Source: Podarcis cretensis
Lineage: Eukaryota
DNA: 64,000 bases
Assembly: GCA_951804945.1 (NCBI GenBank)
Contig: OX638153.1
Span: 4,092,001 to 4,156,000, forward strand
Reading direction: 5' to 3'
A program made the position numbers and the translations under genes. This document shows positions 49,142 through 62,897 of this stretch, piece after piece (within the stretch, counting starts at the first letter, position 1; every line of letters begins with the position of its first letter). Below the pieces are notes generated by a model. The model was not told the origin of the DNA. It made no database searches and saw nothing but the letters and a program-made list of their open reading frames with translations.

Positions 49142-50503
49142 CACCCATTTGCATTTCAGCCTATGATCCCTAAACTATCAAGGAGACAGAAAGATGTGAG
49201 AGGTTTCCCTGATAGGCCCTGGAAATGGCTCAAGGTCCCTCCAGGTCCTTCAGACACGGAAGACTCCTGAGACTGGCAGCAGCTAGACAGTATGACTGTG
49301 AAAACAAGCAACAACTTTGAAACAAATATCTGAAACAAAATGGGTAATAAATTTATAACATCCTGGTTATTTCACATATACTTCTTTTCTTAAAGAGTTC
49401 AAATGAAGGCTCTGCTGAATTTTCAGAGATTTACCCATACAAGCTGTCTAACAAACAGGGCTGGTTTGGTTGCTGTAGCTCCCTTCAATAGTTGATGAAC
49501 ACTATGAGCTTTTGGGTGAAGGGAAAATGTCATATGCATGGAACAATCGTATTGGTCACCCATGAACTTGACATTTAATTCTGCTTTCACAAGACATAAA
49601 AGGGGCCTCTGATTAGCCAAATACAAGGGGCTTCTGGCTCAGTTTCAAGACGTGACATGCATACACATACACACTTGGGTGGAAAGCAGCTTGTTTGGCA
49701 AAAGGGAATGCGTATATGTATGTGTGGAGGAAGCAAGAGAGAATATTCAGAAAAAGTACAAACCTGCTTATTGACTTGAATCTCAGCTCATTGTTGAAGT
49801 CCGTCTTTGTTCAGGTTCACAATACTCATTGCACAATACACTCACTATTTCATTATGTCTTCCTGAAGTTTAGTACCTAGACTGATGTGGCTTGAACATC
49901 CAGGAAAACTCTTGAGTTTAGTTAGGGTGTGTGTGTGTTTTTTCAAAAAGAAAAATTCTTCAGGCCTCACTTTAGTACCATAGATGGTGGTGCAGAAAGC
50001 ACAGATCATTATTTCCCTGTGTTGAGATAGAGGCCTGGTCCTTTGCCCTTTAACACAGGCAGCTGGACTCAGTCCCAGCATCAGAAGCTTCAGATCACTC
50101 CAAGCATTGGCTTTCCATCAGTTTCAAAATGGGCCAGGCAGTGGATTCTCACACTTCTTTTCAAATATTTTAACATTCTGTGAAAAGCTTCGTTCTAAAA
50201 CAGGTCAACTCATAAAATATGACCGAGCTGTAAGACTAAAATTGGAGCAATTTAAATAAGTAGGTCGGGTGGAAACTGGATACCTGGCAATGGCCTATTC
50301 CCCTCCCCAGGTGTTGCGTAGGGAAGACGTTAGGGCCAGTGATGCCTGAGCCCATCAGGAAGACGTACTGGATGGCCGTGTGCTCCTGTGCTGCTGCAGC
50401 CAGAAATGTTGAATTCCCAAAGCAGCTTGAAAACGGAGATGTATTCTTTTGGCTGGGCTTTAAAGCCTTGCCCAAGGACGGGCCGAGGTCCTAGGAACCT
50501 AGC

Positions 50504-51020
50504 TGTGAAGGGAGCTTCCAAGTCAAAGGAATGCACACGGCAGATAGTTACCTCTTTATTGCCAAGCTGCCACAGTCGTTTCTATGGTTCTGAAGACCCC
50601 ACACACCCATCTAGTGTCTGGGCAGCTGTTCCCAGGTCCACGCTCACTGCAGCGACTGCAGCAACAGGGAACCACTCTCTCTCCCTCACTTTGGTATGTA
50701 CCTCCCCCTGACAGGCTGCACACACACAGCGGGAGACTACTCCCCCGTGACAACTTCCTCTGCTCATCCCATTTTGATCCCCTCCTGGTTCTGGGAGACA
50801 GTGGTGCAGGAGAGGGTGGGGAAGCCCCAGCCCCCCTTCCCTTGCCTGACCTGCCGCTTCCTCCTCTTCTTCCGACCCATCCTGTGCTCCACCCTCCATC
50901 TCCGAAGCTTCCCCTGCCTTGACTCTTGTCTCCTGCCTGGAAGTCGTGCTGCCTCTCCCAAGTCAGATTCCAAGCCCCCTTTTCCTGGCGCACTCATCAG
51001 CCTCCAGCCTGTCCTTGACA
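50504..51020 (-). mobile_element. Gypsy-type solo LTR (older)
   Basis: Minus strand TGTCAAGG...CACA; AATAAA at 50555-50560; SPRTRR-coding segment; degenerate TSD ctagc/ttagt. Confidence 0.65.
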
Positions 51021-53104
51021 TTAGTGAGGTGAAGGAAAAGAGAGCCTAAAGGCAAGGATTTGGCAGGGAAGGTCTCTGTAATCCTCACCATTTACATGCT
51101 TAGTAACAGCTTCAATGCAATAATCCCATCCCCTGTTAACAGCCATGTCCCTCAAGGAGCCTTCATTCAAATTAACATGCCAGCACAATCCTCTTTGTAC
51201 ATTTAACTCTACTAAGCTCTCCTTAATATTGTTGGGCACTGTGATGAAACCCACCAGTTGTTCCAAGGGGGCTCCAAGCTCTGCAGAAATGTTATCTAGC
51301 TCACTTTTTTAAAAAGTGACAAAACACCAGCTGGAGAAGGAAACTGAATGGAACAAGCTCCCCACAGCGTGTGAAGGGAAGCAAAGTGCTTTTCTATCAA
51401 CTAGAAAACAAGAGGGTTTGAAATTCATGCCAATTATGTATGGAGCAAGCACAGAGATTGTTTGCATAATACAATTGCCACAGAACAAATTGTTATTGTG
51501 AGAAACACTGTATGAAGTATGAAGCTTTTGACAGCACCTCATTCAGCCCCACAATGCTCTGTGTGGGTCTTGCCCCATCCTGGTGCCCTCCATATGTTTT
51601 GGGATTGCATCCCCCTGCTTCCTTGACCAGGGGCCACAGTAGCTGGGGCCGGCAGGAATTGCAGTCTAGAAATATCCAGAAGGCACAAAGTTGGGGGAGA
51701 CTGCTCTGTGACACTAATTTTCAAGTGGTTTACCTCAGGGAACAACTTATTTCTGAAAAAATGTACAGTTCATGTTTCAAGAGCTGAATATTTTCAAAGC
51801 AAATAAACACTTCTGAAGGGATTCCAGGGTGTATTTTAGTGCAGTCAGTTTACACAGCCTACTGAGCTTATTGAAAGTGCACCCTAGAAAACACCCCAAA
51901 TGATCCTCAGAAGATTTGAGCAGTTAAATGGTATGCAACCTGCTTTTCAGGGAATCTCATCCATCACTGAAAACCCCCTCATAAGCTTCCAAAACCCTGT
52001 TTGAAAACCAGCGAAGAAGGGAGGTTTGTTTTCGATACATTCACCCATCATATCAATGCATGACCAGCGATTCAGTGGACATAACCAAAGCACAACAAAA
52101 ACTCCAGGCAGCCATTCCATCTGAGATTCACAGTGTATTTAGTGGCAATAATACTGAGTGGTAGGAGGGTAAGACAGAAAGGTCAACAAGGACTCCAAAA
52201 GTTACATAGAAGAGTTCCAGGGCACAATCTCAAAATAACAAAATATAATTGAACAGAGATTGTATTATGAATTAAGCTGCGCAGTGGCTTAATGAATAGG
52301 GCTGGGGTACGTATGTCTAAAATCAGGGTGTAAAGGAGGGAACAGAGGAGATGCACACACCCCTCTGAAAGTCTGGAGGGAGGGAATGGTCCTTTCGCAA
52401 ATGGATTACAGCTACTTCCTACCTCATAGCTGCACACATTTGAAAATGAATTAAATTCAATACTCCAACCAACATCGGTTTCACCCATACCTATATTATA
52501 TGTGTCAATATTATACCCTGGAGACAGGAAAATACAGCAATTTACTGCTTAGCATTCCTATAGCACTTGGGAGTGTTCAAGTTGCTTCCCATTCATGATC
52601 TCAGTGTATACGTACAATGACCCGGTAAGTATGACTATGATTATTTATTTATTGCATGTGTGGACCCTGAGAATGGCCAGCCTATAGCCTCCTAGTGGGT
52701 TCACTGGAGAGTTGAAATAGAGAGAAGGACCCAGAAGCCCATTACCTGGACAAAACGCATCCTAGCACTCCTTCATCAACCACTTCAAATCTTCTCATCA
52801 CCAGAATTCACCCTAACTGCAATCTACACTAATGGAAGAAGGTGCTTGGGCTGAATGCAACACATGAGAGCCTTCTAGAACAAACAAGCACACTGTGGGT
52901 AGTTCAAGGAATTAAAGCTACATTTCAAAGTGGGTTCAAAGCATAGAAGAGTTACAGGCAGATAATGCTAATAAAAGAAGAGGCACCATCGTGCGCCAGG
53001 GAGCACAGCATATGGCACAGAAGGAAGAAAAAGGGAAGGTCTCTTTCCTCCTCTCCCCCGCTAAAAAGATGCTGCGAAGATTAGAGTCTCAGGAGGTCTC
53101 CAAG

Positions 53105-53181
53105 TCATTCAACATTCTTGTATTTTGTAAACAGGTTGTACAAAACTCTTAGGGTAGATTTCAGGTCCAAGTTGACAACAT
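53105..53181 (-). CDS. PARVB: beta-parvin last coding exon: DVVNLDLKSTLRVLYNLFTKYKNVE*
   Basis: Matches the PARVB C-terminus; AG acceptor at 53182-53183; TGA at 53105-53107. Confidence 0.97.
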
Positions 53182-54015
53182 CTGAGGGATTTAAAAAAGA
53201 GAGAGAGGTTTTTAGGTTAAGAGCTTGACTTAAAAAAAATGAAAAATGGTCTTCTGCTAAACAAGCTTTTTAATACCAAAATGCCCCCATGCAAGTCCCT
53301 TTATACAAAATTATGAGAAACCTCAACAACAATAAAAACTCCCATTAAAACAACTCTCTTAGGAATGAATTTTATTTGAACACTGAACTGAAATTTCAGA
53401 AGACCGTCTTTTCCAGAGACTCACTGGGAAGTTTAAACACATAAGCACATGTAAGAAAATAATCAATTTTTAGAAAGTTACAGAATATATTTCTCTTCTA
53501 ATAAAGCTGCTAAACTGTTGGACCAACAGCCTGACAGTTGAAGGCAGCTTCATATTTTAAACCAGCCCCTACACAAGCCTTCTCCAAACAGAAAAGTATT
53601 TACAATACTTCTGGAAACTATTTGGGAGGAAATTTCCAAATTTGTAGGGGGTGGATTATTTGGGCAATCTTGGAGGCCGATGGGCCTCTGTAGGCAAACA
53701 GGAGAAAGTGCTGGTCCATGCTTTCCCTCCTAAATGAGGGAATTTTATAAACAAGTCCCTTTCTGGGCCATAGCACAGGAACCCTTCCCAACCACGGCTC
53801 ATTCACTTTGCCTTCATTATACTGATTTCCCAATTCCTTTGCATGAGGGACAGAAAGTTGTCTCAGACACCACACGAAACTTCCGCATTGCCCACAAATC
53901 ATAACTCAGCAGAAGGTTAAATACAGTGTCCATAAAGCACATTCAATGTTACGGCATCAAATGATATTTGATGCAAGATTAACAGTGCAATCCTGGACAT
54001 ATTTATTCAGAAGTA

Positions 54016-54349
54016 CAGTGGTACCTTGGTTCTCAAACGCCTTGGTTCCCAAACGCCAAAAACCCAGAAGTAAGTGTCCGGTTTTCGAACGTTTTTCAGA
54101 AGCCAAATGTCTGATGCGGCTGTCGGCTATTGTTTTGTTTTATAGTACAGTACATTGTTTACTGCTTTCATTTTATGGATCAATGGTCTCATTAGAGAGT
54201 AAAATTCATGTTAAATTGCTGTTTCAGGGGTTGTTTTTAAAAGTCTGGAATGGATTAATCCGTTTTGCATTGCCTTCTATGGGAAAGCGCGCTTTGGTTT
54301 TGGAACAGACTTCTGGAACGGATTAAGTTTGAGAACCAAGGTACCACTG
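54016..54349. mobile_element. Tc1/mariner-pogo MITE
   Basis: Perfect 23-bp TIR cagtggtaccttggttctcaaac with TA on both sides. Confidence 0.92.
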
Positions 54350-55095
54350 TAAATTCCACTGAGTTCAGGTGCCATCAGTCCCTTCAATATTCCCTAGCAG
54401 GGGACTCAGCTCCCCCAATATTGAGGGGGCGGAGGAGGCCAAACTGCTGAGCCGAGCATCCAAGGCAGGCAAGAGAAGAGGAGACATGGCCATTGAAGCT
54501 GCACAGTGCTGGGCAAGGCCTCCTCCTGACGCAGCAGTTGGCCCCTGCAAGATTTGGTCCAAGGGGGCGCCTCTGAGTTCCATGGGGCTCACTCAGTGGT
54601 GGCTGGTGCCTATTTTGCCTGGTGGGTGGAAGGCAAGGAGGCCAACAATAGATAAAGCCAAGGAGAGGCGGAGCCCACTAACTCCAGCTTTCTCGCCTTC
54701 CTCGTCCCTGCTGAGTTCTACAAGAACAACAGCGAGACTAAGGAGCAGGAAGACAATCAACTGCGCCATCCTCTAAGCTGGTTGTCAGCATGAATACAGG
54801 GAGATGAAGGATGAGATGGGGGGGACAGAGCCTCATTTGCCCTGATAGACCAGCCTCTGCTAGTGACACTGCCTGGAAAACATGGCCATGGAAATTCAGC
54901 CTTAGACCACACTTTATGGCTGTTAACCATCTTGAGAATGAAGCCTAGGAGAAGGCTACAGAAAAACAGTCCACGTGGACATGGCTAGAGATGCTGTTAC
55001 ACTTGGGAGAACCAACAATTTAAATCCCTTCCATGCTTGCGAATATGCATGCCCAGTTGAGCATGTGCTTGTTTCAGTGGAACTGCGCACGATAC

Positions 55096-55168
55096 CTTCT
55101 GGTCGAGCTTTGGGCTTCTTCAGCCCTCCATCCTGCATCAGTTCAAAAGCAAAGGAAACATTGTGAAC
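55096..55168 (-). CDS. PARVB: beta-parvin exon: VHNVSFAFELMQDGGLKKPKARPE
   Basis: AG/GT sites; 73 nt. Confidence 0.97.
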
Positions 55169-57817
55169 CTGCAAAACAACAACAAAAAACCTCTTAAATT
55201 TTCAGTGGGATGAAAAGACCCCCTCCCTCCATTTCCCCCCTCATATTGCTTAGCTTATCCCTGGATGCAGGCACCCCAGGATTCTTAAGTCAGCCTACGT
55301 TCTTAATGTATCATCTTCTTTCGAGAAAAATCACATTGCTTAAACACTTTAGGACTTGTTCAGGTGACCACACAGATCAATGCAATGTGCCAGCTGGAAG
55401 CTCATTCGTTTCAACCACAGCCATTTTTGGGCCTGGAATTGAATTCCAAGCATAGAAATGTCATGAAGCAAAAACCCTGCACATATGAACACTTGCACAT
55501 CAGAGAGGAACACTCTCCCTGAAACGCTAGCTTTCCCAAAACAGAGACTTTTTATATCTGTGCGGAAGTATTCAACACGTCCCTCCTCATTCCCGCAACA
55601 ATTGGAAGCGCTAAAATCCAGGAAATGTCACACGAAGGGTTGTGGGTTCAAGGCCCACACTGGGCAAACAAATCCCTCATGGTCCCTTCCAACTCTGCAA
55701 TTCTTTGATTCTGTGACTGGTACATCTAGTTCAGCTGTCAGAAGTGATGGGAGCCACAATAACTGTTATTGGCCATTAACTGGCCTGTGCAAGGGGTTCA
55801 TATATGAACCAAGCTGTAAATGACACGTCAGCTTCATTCTGATGAAAACAGGCTTCATTCATGATATATGGATCAAAGTGCAGCAAATGGGATATGAAGA
55901 ATATTCTCTTTGATTAAAGGCTGGAGTAAGTTGTCTATAAGGCAAGCTTTGGAGGAACATTTTGTTTTGTGCTAATGCACCGCAGTGGGTGGGGTATCTC
56001 TTTCTGCAGTTAGATTAAAAGAGCTCACTTCCCTGCTGCCATCTACCTTGAAATGACCAATTCTTGCAATGTTACACCACACACAGGAGGAAGGGATTTA
56101 ATTAAAACTACTCACAGCTCAGTGAGCTGGGCAGTAAAAACAAGGAAACACTTCCCCACCTTTGAAGTTAATTGGGTTTTTTAAAAAAGAGTTTATTCCT
56201 CCTAATTCTTGCTTACCCCTGACTTTAATAGTCAAAAGCACAATCCTATGGGTGTTCTGTTTTTAGGGATTTTATGGTTGGACATGTTACTTGACTGAGA
56301 GGCGCCTGGAACACTGTGGGCAAATCAATGTACAAGTCCTCTAAATAAGCCATCACAAAATAGTACAAAGTGAGGTTCTATCCTTCCTCAGATACAGATA
56401 CAACTTCCCATCAGGGGCTCCAAGTATTCCTACGCAAGTCAACCTATGAATTAATACTCATTCATACATGTTATAGTGGAATTTCAATATTTTTATAAGG
56501 CTAGGTTGGTTCAGCACACAGAATTCAGTGAGCTACAGACTTCACTATTCTTATTATACCCTATTATTAGGGTTGAGGTAATCCTATACCCTTTTAAAAT
56601 GTGGTTTTTTGGGGGGGGAGGGTGTTATTGAGTTGTTGTTGTTTTTATTTTGATTATGTATTTTGTGGTTTTATATTTTTATTTTACTCTGTTACCTGCC
56701 CTGAGACCTGCAGGTATGGGGCAGTATATAAATTTAATAATAATAATAATAAAAAAATACCACCCTATACCTGTACGTCTTAGGGTCAATCACAGATGAA
56801 AATCAAAATAAAAAAAACAACCCAATAATACCTCCCTCAACATATTTTAAAAGGGCATACTATGACACACTTCTCTGCTAACAGTAACAGAATTGCAAAG
56901 CTTTCCCCGACACTGAAATGAATAGAATTCAGACAAGTGCTTTTAGATGGCCAATAAGAGCTTACCTTTGAACAGTGACTCAGTGAATCGGCCATTTTAT
57001 AGTGTACACTATGTGGTATTTCTGTCACTGGACACTTTCAAATTCTGCTTTTTAGATTGCAATGTATAGATTTACTTTTACTATGCAAGTTGTTGGTGAG
57101 AATTGCTGTTCTTAGGAATTCTTAGGAACGGTTTTATAATTCCTCAAAAGAAAAATAAACGGAGCACAACAACTGTGTGCATGCAAAGGAGGTTGCTCCT
57201 CTTCTTCAGTTAGGAGCTATGTCCTTGTGGAAGCAGCTGGGCAGGGGGCAGGATGGAGCAACAGGCACCGTCTATGAGATTTTTCGGCCACATCCAAGGA
57301 GAAACACGTGCAACCCTTCGAGGAGCAGCCAAGATCCGCCCCCCCCACCAGCCATTTGTGTGAGAGAGCGGATTCTGTCCCCTTCACCTGCCCTTTGTCC
57401 CTCCCAAAGGATCAGCAGGATCATGGCCTTTTCAAGTGCCCTGTGCACACAGATCCAGCTGCTCTCTTAGACCACCGTCTGTGAGATAAGGGTGACTCCA
57501 CAGACTTTACTTTCTCTTCAAATTATATTTGCAGGCCATTTTATCTTTAGATTTCTCTCACACACCCCTACAGCTAATACATTGTTGTAAAGCTGCGGGC
57601 TGCACATTTGCTGCTGGATTAATTGGTTTTCCAGGTAAGATTCATGACTAAGCTTCTCAGAACCTTTTCACAGAATTATAAAATGTTAACCGTGCAGCTT
57701 ATCTGCCGCTATTATGAAAACGTGCTGTTTTCACTCTGGCTTTAGTGGCAAATAGAAAGACGGAAGGCTCGTTTGAATGCGGCAAACCAGAGTTGCCTGG
57801 CTGGGATTTCTACTCAC

Positions 57818-57919
57818 CTTCTGATCAAAACTTTCAGGCGTTAAATAGAAATTGTGGAGTGGAACAAAATAGTCCTCCAGGAGACCCATCAGTAAAACCA
57901 GGTAGACGCCATCTGCAAA
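57818..57919 (-). CDS. PARVB: beta-parvin exon: FADGVYLVLLMGLLEDYFVPLHNFYLTPESFDQK
   Basis: AG/GT sites; 102 nt; EDYF and TPESFDQK distinguish beta from alpha. Confidence 0.97.
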
Positions 57920-58761
57920 CTGAAGAGAAACACGAGTGACACCCCTGCTGGGACCCCAGGAGGAGACAAACAAGAGGTGCCGCAAACTACACGCTGAATC
58001 GATAATCAATTTCTCCTGGGCACTTCAGCTCTGGTCGGAATTGCTGGCATCAATTGGTGTTTGCAGGGATTTAATGATTTATTATTACCCCACTCAGGAT
58101 TGAGGTGAAGAAAAATGCTAGTGATACAAGAAGGAGTGTTCCCAAGTGTGCTGAGTTTGGGGGTGGGGACCAATCTATCAAACAACAACAACAACAACAA
58201 TATTTTATTTGTACCCTGCCCTCCCCGGCCGGAGCCAGGCTCAGGGCGGCTAACATCATGAAACTAAGACAGTATACAAAGAACATAAAATCAGGCAACC
58301 AGTTAGTTAAAATACGTCTTAAAATTAGTTCAGAGAAAATTAAAATCTGGACAGATGGCAATCCATGGGTAAAATTGAGAGTGGTTAATATTCTCCAACG
58401 CCAACTGTTACAACTGGTCTTATAAAGGACCTGTGAGGGGGCAGGATAGAAACTGGGGAAAACTCTCCAGGGGAGAAAGACAAGGGGATGTAATATTTAC
58501 CTATGGCAGCAATGTAGCTTAAACTGGTCCTGTATTTAGGCTCAGATATTTGAGTGAGAAAGCAGCTTAGAGAGAGAGGTTTTTATCAGCAAAAACAGTC
58601 TTGGAGGAAAAGTTTACGTGTTTTAAACCCAGTCATCTAATAACATTTACAGCCTCCTGCAGACACTTTGATTTATTTCTTGATTTTAAAAAGGAAGATG
58701 TTTTAAAATATCTGAAGGTGTGGTTTGACTGTCGACACTGGTGCTGAGTAATGCCTCTTAC

Positions 58762-58830
58762 CTGGGTTTCTAATTCTGTCACTTCCAGATTAAGTTTATT
58801 TAAGTGCTTGTTCACAAACGTGATCAGGGA
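58762..58830 (-). CDS. PARVB: beta-parvin exon: SLITFVNKHLNKLNLEVTELETQ
   Basis: AG/GT sites; 69 nt. Confidence 0.97.
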
Positions 58831-59990
58831 CTGAAAAGGAAAAAAAACACGGCAGGTAAGGAAATTAATAAGCAACCGATATGCAGATTAAGGCTGCAAC
58901 CCTAAACCCATCTACTGGCATGCCTAGGACTGCACCGCTATTCATTTTACACTTCTAAGAAGGAATGTAAACACATTCACAATACAAAACCACCCATTTG
59001 TAAACCTTATGCTTATGCAGAAGGAAACTTTGGCAGGTTTATTATATTTGGAATTCAATGGAACGGAGACTGATTCACATTAAGTGTCTTTTGGCCATGC
59101 AAGCAGCCACTGGTGGCATTCTCCAGCGTGGGGAAATGCCGTGCTCTGGAAGCGTCTGATGAAAGACACCCTGGACCTTCCGAAGAGGCTTGCTTTTAAA
59201 CATTTTTAAGCACAAGAAAGCTCCTCAGTCAACAGACTCATCCACAAGCAACAGGGAGGGAGGAAGAACGTAAATCCTCAGGACTCTACAAACTGCCTAA
59301 GGCAAAACTTTATTACACGCCTCTGCAGCTCGGTTCTTGAGTGCTTTGCCTGACTCTCCTTTGATTAATGTCTCTTGCTTGTGAGGATGGAGGGGCAAGT
59401 GAGTGAGTGGGCGTAGAAACTCACCTACTGCACAAAATGTAAAAGTTGCATTCGCTGCTCCACCCACCTCTTCCTTTGGACTCTGCCACCCTTGGCAAGT
59501 GGCTGCCAGAAGGCTGCCCAGAAGACCAGAAGGGGAGGTGGCCCTCAGACCAAAATAGGTTTCCCTGTTGTGGTGTGACTCTTCAGGGGTCAAAGGGCAG
59601 AAAGGAAGGAGCAGTGGAGTTCAGCAAAGGAAGGGCTATCAGCTGAGCGAGAGGCACTTCAGTTTTTGCTTCATCCAGGCTGCTGGTCATTTTTAAGTTT
59701 TTCATCCCAGGAAAAACACCCATTCTCAGAAACATGACAGAGATCTTTGTCAGAAACAGTAAATAGAGGGCAAATACAGGCTGGAATTTTTGTGCCAGCA
59801 ACTTAATGTGGCGGCTGCAAAAAAGTTGTAATCGTGAGGAGTAGGCATATTGCAATAATCACCCAGCACCTAAAAAGCCTTTGCTCCTGGTTCATGTCCT
59901 TAGACGAACCCTGGTGAAAGCAAGACCCTTGCTATCTGAAGAGAGTGGAAAAAATGCCCACTGGCCCATTAAATACAAATGGCATGTTAC

Positions 59991-60052
59991 CTTTTTTACG
60001 ACACTTAGTTTATCCGGAGCGTGGTCAAAGAGTGTGTCAAAAGCATCTCGCT
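59991..60052 (-). CDS. PARVB: beta-parvin exon: (E)RDAFDTLFDHAPDKLSVVKK
   Basis: AG/GT sites; 62 nt. Confidence 0.97.
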
Positions 60053-60987
60053 CTGGTTTGAGAAAGGGAACAAGGTTTTAACAAATCAATAAACGCTTTA
60101 GTGAAAATTCACAGAAGCAAGATATGCATTATTCTGTACTTATCTAAGTAATGGACTCACTGAGCAAGGGGAAAGCCAGTGTTATGCAGTGGTTAGCGGA
60201 GCAGACTAGGATTCACCAATTCACCAGTCAATCATGAAACTCACAGCCTAGCTTACTTCACCAAGTTGTTGTGAGGATGAAATGAGAAGGGGGGAACCAA
60301 GTATACCACCTTGAGCTTCATGGAGGAAAATTGGGATATAAATGAAATGAATGAATGAATGAAAATAAGCACAGAGTGCAAGCGTAGATAGCCTTCTGAG
60401 AAGTTAATCCCAGTTGTTGAGGAGTTGCACTGGATTTTTCAGTCCATTACTGCAAATGACGGTGTTCCATGGGAAACAGGAAGTGCAGATCAAGCTACAC
60501 TGGGACTGAGAACAAAGAGGGCAAAAGAAGGAAGAGAACCGACTGCAACAAGGAACAGGAGGCCAGCAAGATATATAAGATCATAACAGCTGTGGGATTG
60601 CCCCAAGCTCATGGGCAAGGCAGGAATGAGGGGTCCCTTCAGACCACAGGAGCCAGGACTTGCTGGAAGCACAGAGAAGCTATGAGCTATCAACAGCAAC
60701 AGAAAATAAGTTGAACACTGTAGTTTGGCTATACATCAAAAATGTCCAGTGCAGTCCTAGTTGGCAAAATGGGATGCAAGAAGACAGGCTGCTCTAAGCC
60801 CAAAAGGAGAATGAGAGAATTGTTTTAATGTGCCACCTTGGACAAAAACAGGTTTAAGGGCAACTCCTAAATTGTGGGAGACAAACTAAACAAGAGACAG
60901 CATTACTAGTTTGAAATGCAACTTTATTTTACTGCTTTTTGAAACTTGCACATGGATCATTATTATGGGTTAAAATCTTGTACTTAC

Positions 60988-61007
60988 CAAATCTACCCAT
61001 CATCATC
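60988..61007 (-). CDS. PARVB: beta-parvin 20-nt microexon: (E)MMMGRF
   Basis: tttgcag|GATGATGATGGGTAGATTTG|gtaagt; matches EMMMGRF. Confidence 0.93.
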
Positions 61008-61816
61008 CTGCAAATCAGAGTTTTAGAAAATGCTCAGTTAGTGCATTAATAATGGGCTCCTAAGAGCCCACAACTGAATAAGAAAACCCAGGTATCTCCC
61101 CCCCCCCAACACACCCCAGACCAAGATCAATCTTGCTACACAATCTTTTATGAAAGGCAAAATTATTACCCCATAATACCAGAGAACAATTTGCTTATAT
61201 ACCGCTATCATTATACTAAAATCTGAGCTCCAAGGAGGGTGACATGGGAATTCCAAGGCCTTGGGCACCTCCGGGGGGTGGGGTGGTCAGTGCTGGCCCA
61301 AGATGTATCGCTGCCTGAATCAAAGCACCCAAAGCTGGATTGCATCCTTCAGGCATCAAGTTCTGCCTTCTCTGAAATTCTAATGCCTGAAGAATTCTCC
61401 TTCATTTCACTGTCTTCCTGGCATTACTCAATGAATAACTATATAAGTATATAATTATGGACAAGTGCCCCCATTCCTGAGACAGGTTGCCCACCACGAC
61501 GACACAACATAGATCCGCAGGAGGGCCACTAGATGTATCATAGCTTTTATTTTCCGTTCATACAAGGCAACAGTGAGGCCCAACAGGCCTGTCTGATGCC
61601 CCACCTGAACCAAGGGAACACCCTAGAATATGTCTGCAGAAACATCTGCAGCACACAGGAGTTCCTTCAAGGCAGAGAAGCATGAAAACCACTGGTGTAC
61701 ATACTACAATGGTCTACAAAGGTCCAGATACTGTTTAGGGGGCACAACGGAAGGGGCTGTCCCAGATGATCCCAGGCGAGAACTTTCTGAGCACTCCCCA
61801 TGAGCTCAGGGTAGGA

Positions 61817-62211
61817 CAGGGGTCAGCAAACTTACCATGCCTCAGGCCGTTGTCTCCAGCGCAGATCGCGCGGCGGGCCGGGGGGGCCGGAGTGTGTGCC
61901 CATACACGTGCGCACACGCTATTTCCGGCACACTTCCGGGGCAGAGGAGCACCGGAAATAGCTTGTGCGCATTTGCACAGGCCTCCTCCAACTCGGATGT
62001 GCACCGGAAATAACGCTTGCGCATGAGAAAATAATGCTTGCACATGTGTACAAGCTATTTCTGGTGCTCCTCTGACCCGGAAGTACGCAGCCACGCAGCG
62101 CAGCGCCAGTAAGAGCGGGCGGCGGCAGCAGGCGGCGGGGGTCTCCGCGGGCCGGATAAACAAGTCCCTCAGGCCTTATCCGGCACACAGGCCTTAGTTT
62201 GGGGACCCCTG
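61817..62211. mobile_element. hAT (Charlie-like) MITE
   Basis: TIRs caggggtcagcaaact / agtttggggacccctg; TSD gggtagga / gcgtagga. Confidence 0.85.
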
Positions 62212-62230
62212 GCGTAGGAGAAGGGCTTAC

Positions 62231-62289
62231 TCTGTGGTGGTGGTGAGCTCTTCTGTGACCTGGGCTGTCTGGAGAAGACCTTCCCGCTT
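62231..62289 (-). CDS. PARVB: beta-parvin exon: KREGLLQTAQVTEELTTTT(E)
   Basis: AG/GT sites; 59 nt. Confidence 0.95.
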
Positions 62290-62881
62290 CTGGAAGACAG
62301 AAAGGAGAATGTTTGTGGCACAACACTAAATTCTGCTTGAACTGTGACTGAAAAGGCTGCTTGCCACCATCACAAAAGTAGGTGTCAATCATGTAAAAGC
62401 AATAACAGCATCTCAGTGCCCATTATTTTTCATTTAAAGTACAAATGAAAGCTATGGATGGTCGTTGCCCATCTCTGAAAAGGCCCTCTTCTCTCACAAA
62501 CAGAAGAGGCGCACCACATCTTCAGACCTGCATTATCTTAAAAATCAAAACACCCTTTTTTCTTCAAAGTGACTGATTAAATCTACATACAGCTGAAACA
62601 AACAGGTAGTTGGTTAAAACAAACAGGAGTTCCTTAAGAAGATGATAGCCTTGATTATTAGCTGATGGTTCCAAAGAAGAAAGAAAAAGATAAAAATAGT
62701 GTTCCAATTTAAGGTAAAGTCCTTTGTAAACTCTTCTTCTCTGTCAGAATCTGTATTGGCCCATGGCGAATTACCATACAAATGCATCAAAGAAGCATTC
62801 TAAAATATGTGTTCTTTTGCTCCTCTTGAGCAAGAGAAAGCATTCGTGCAGGCTCTGAAATCCCTGCTTAACCTAAAAGTT

Positions 62882-62897
62882 GTGCCACCTAGTGGTG
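62882..62897 (-). promoter_or_regulatory. Candidate CTCF site
   Basis: Minus strand CACCACTAGGTGGCAC fits the CCACYAGRKGGC core. Confidence 0.45.
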
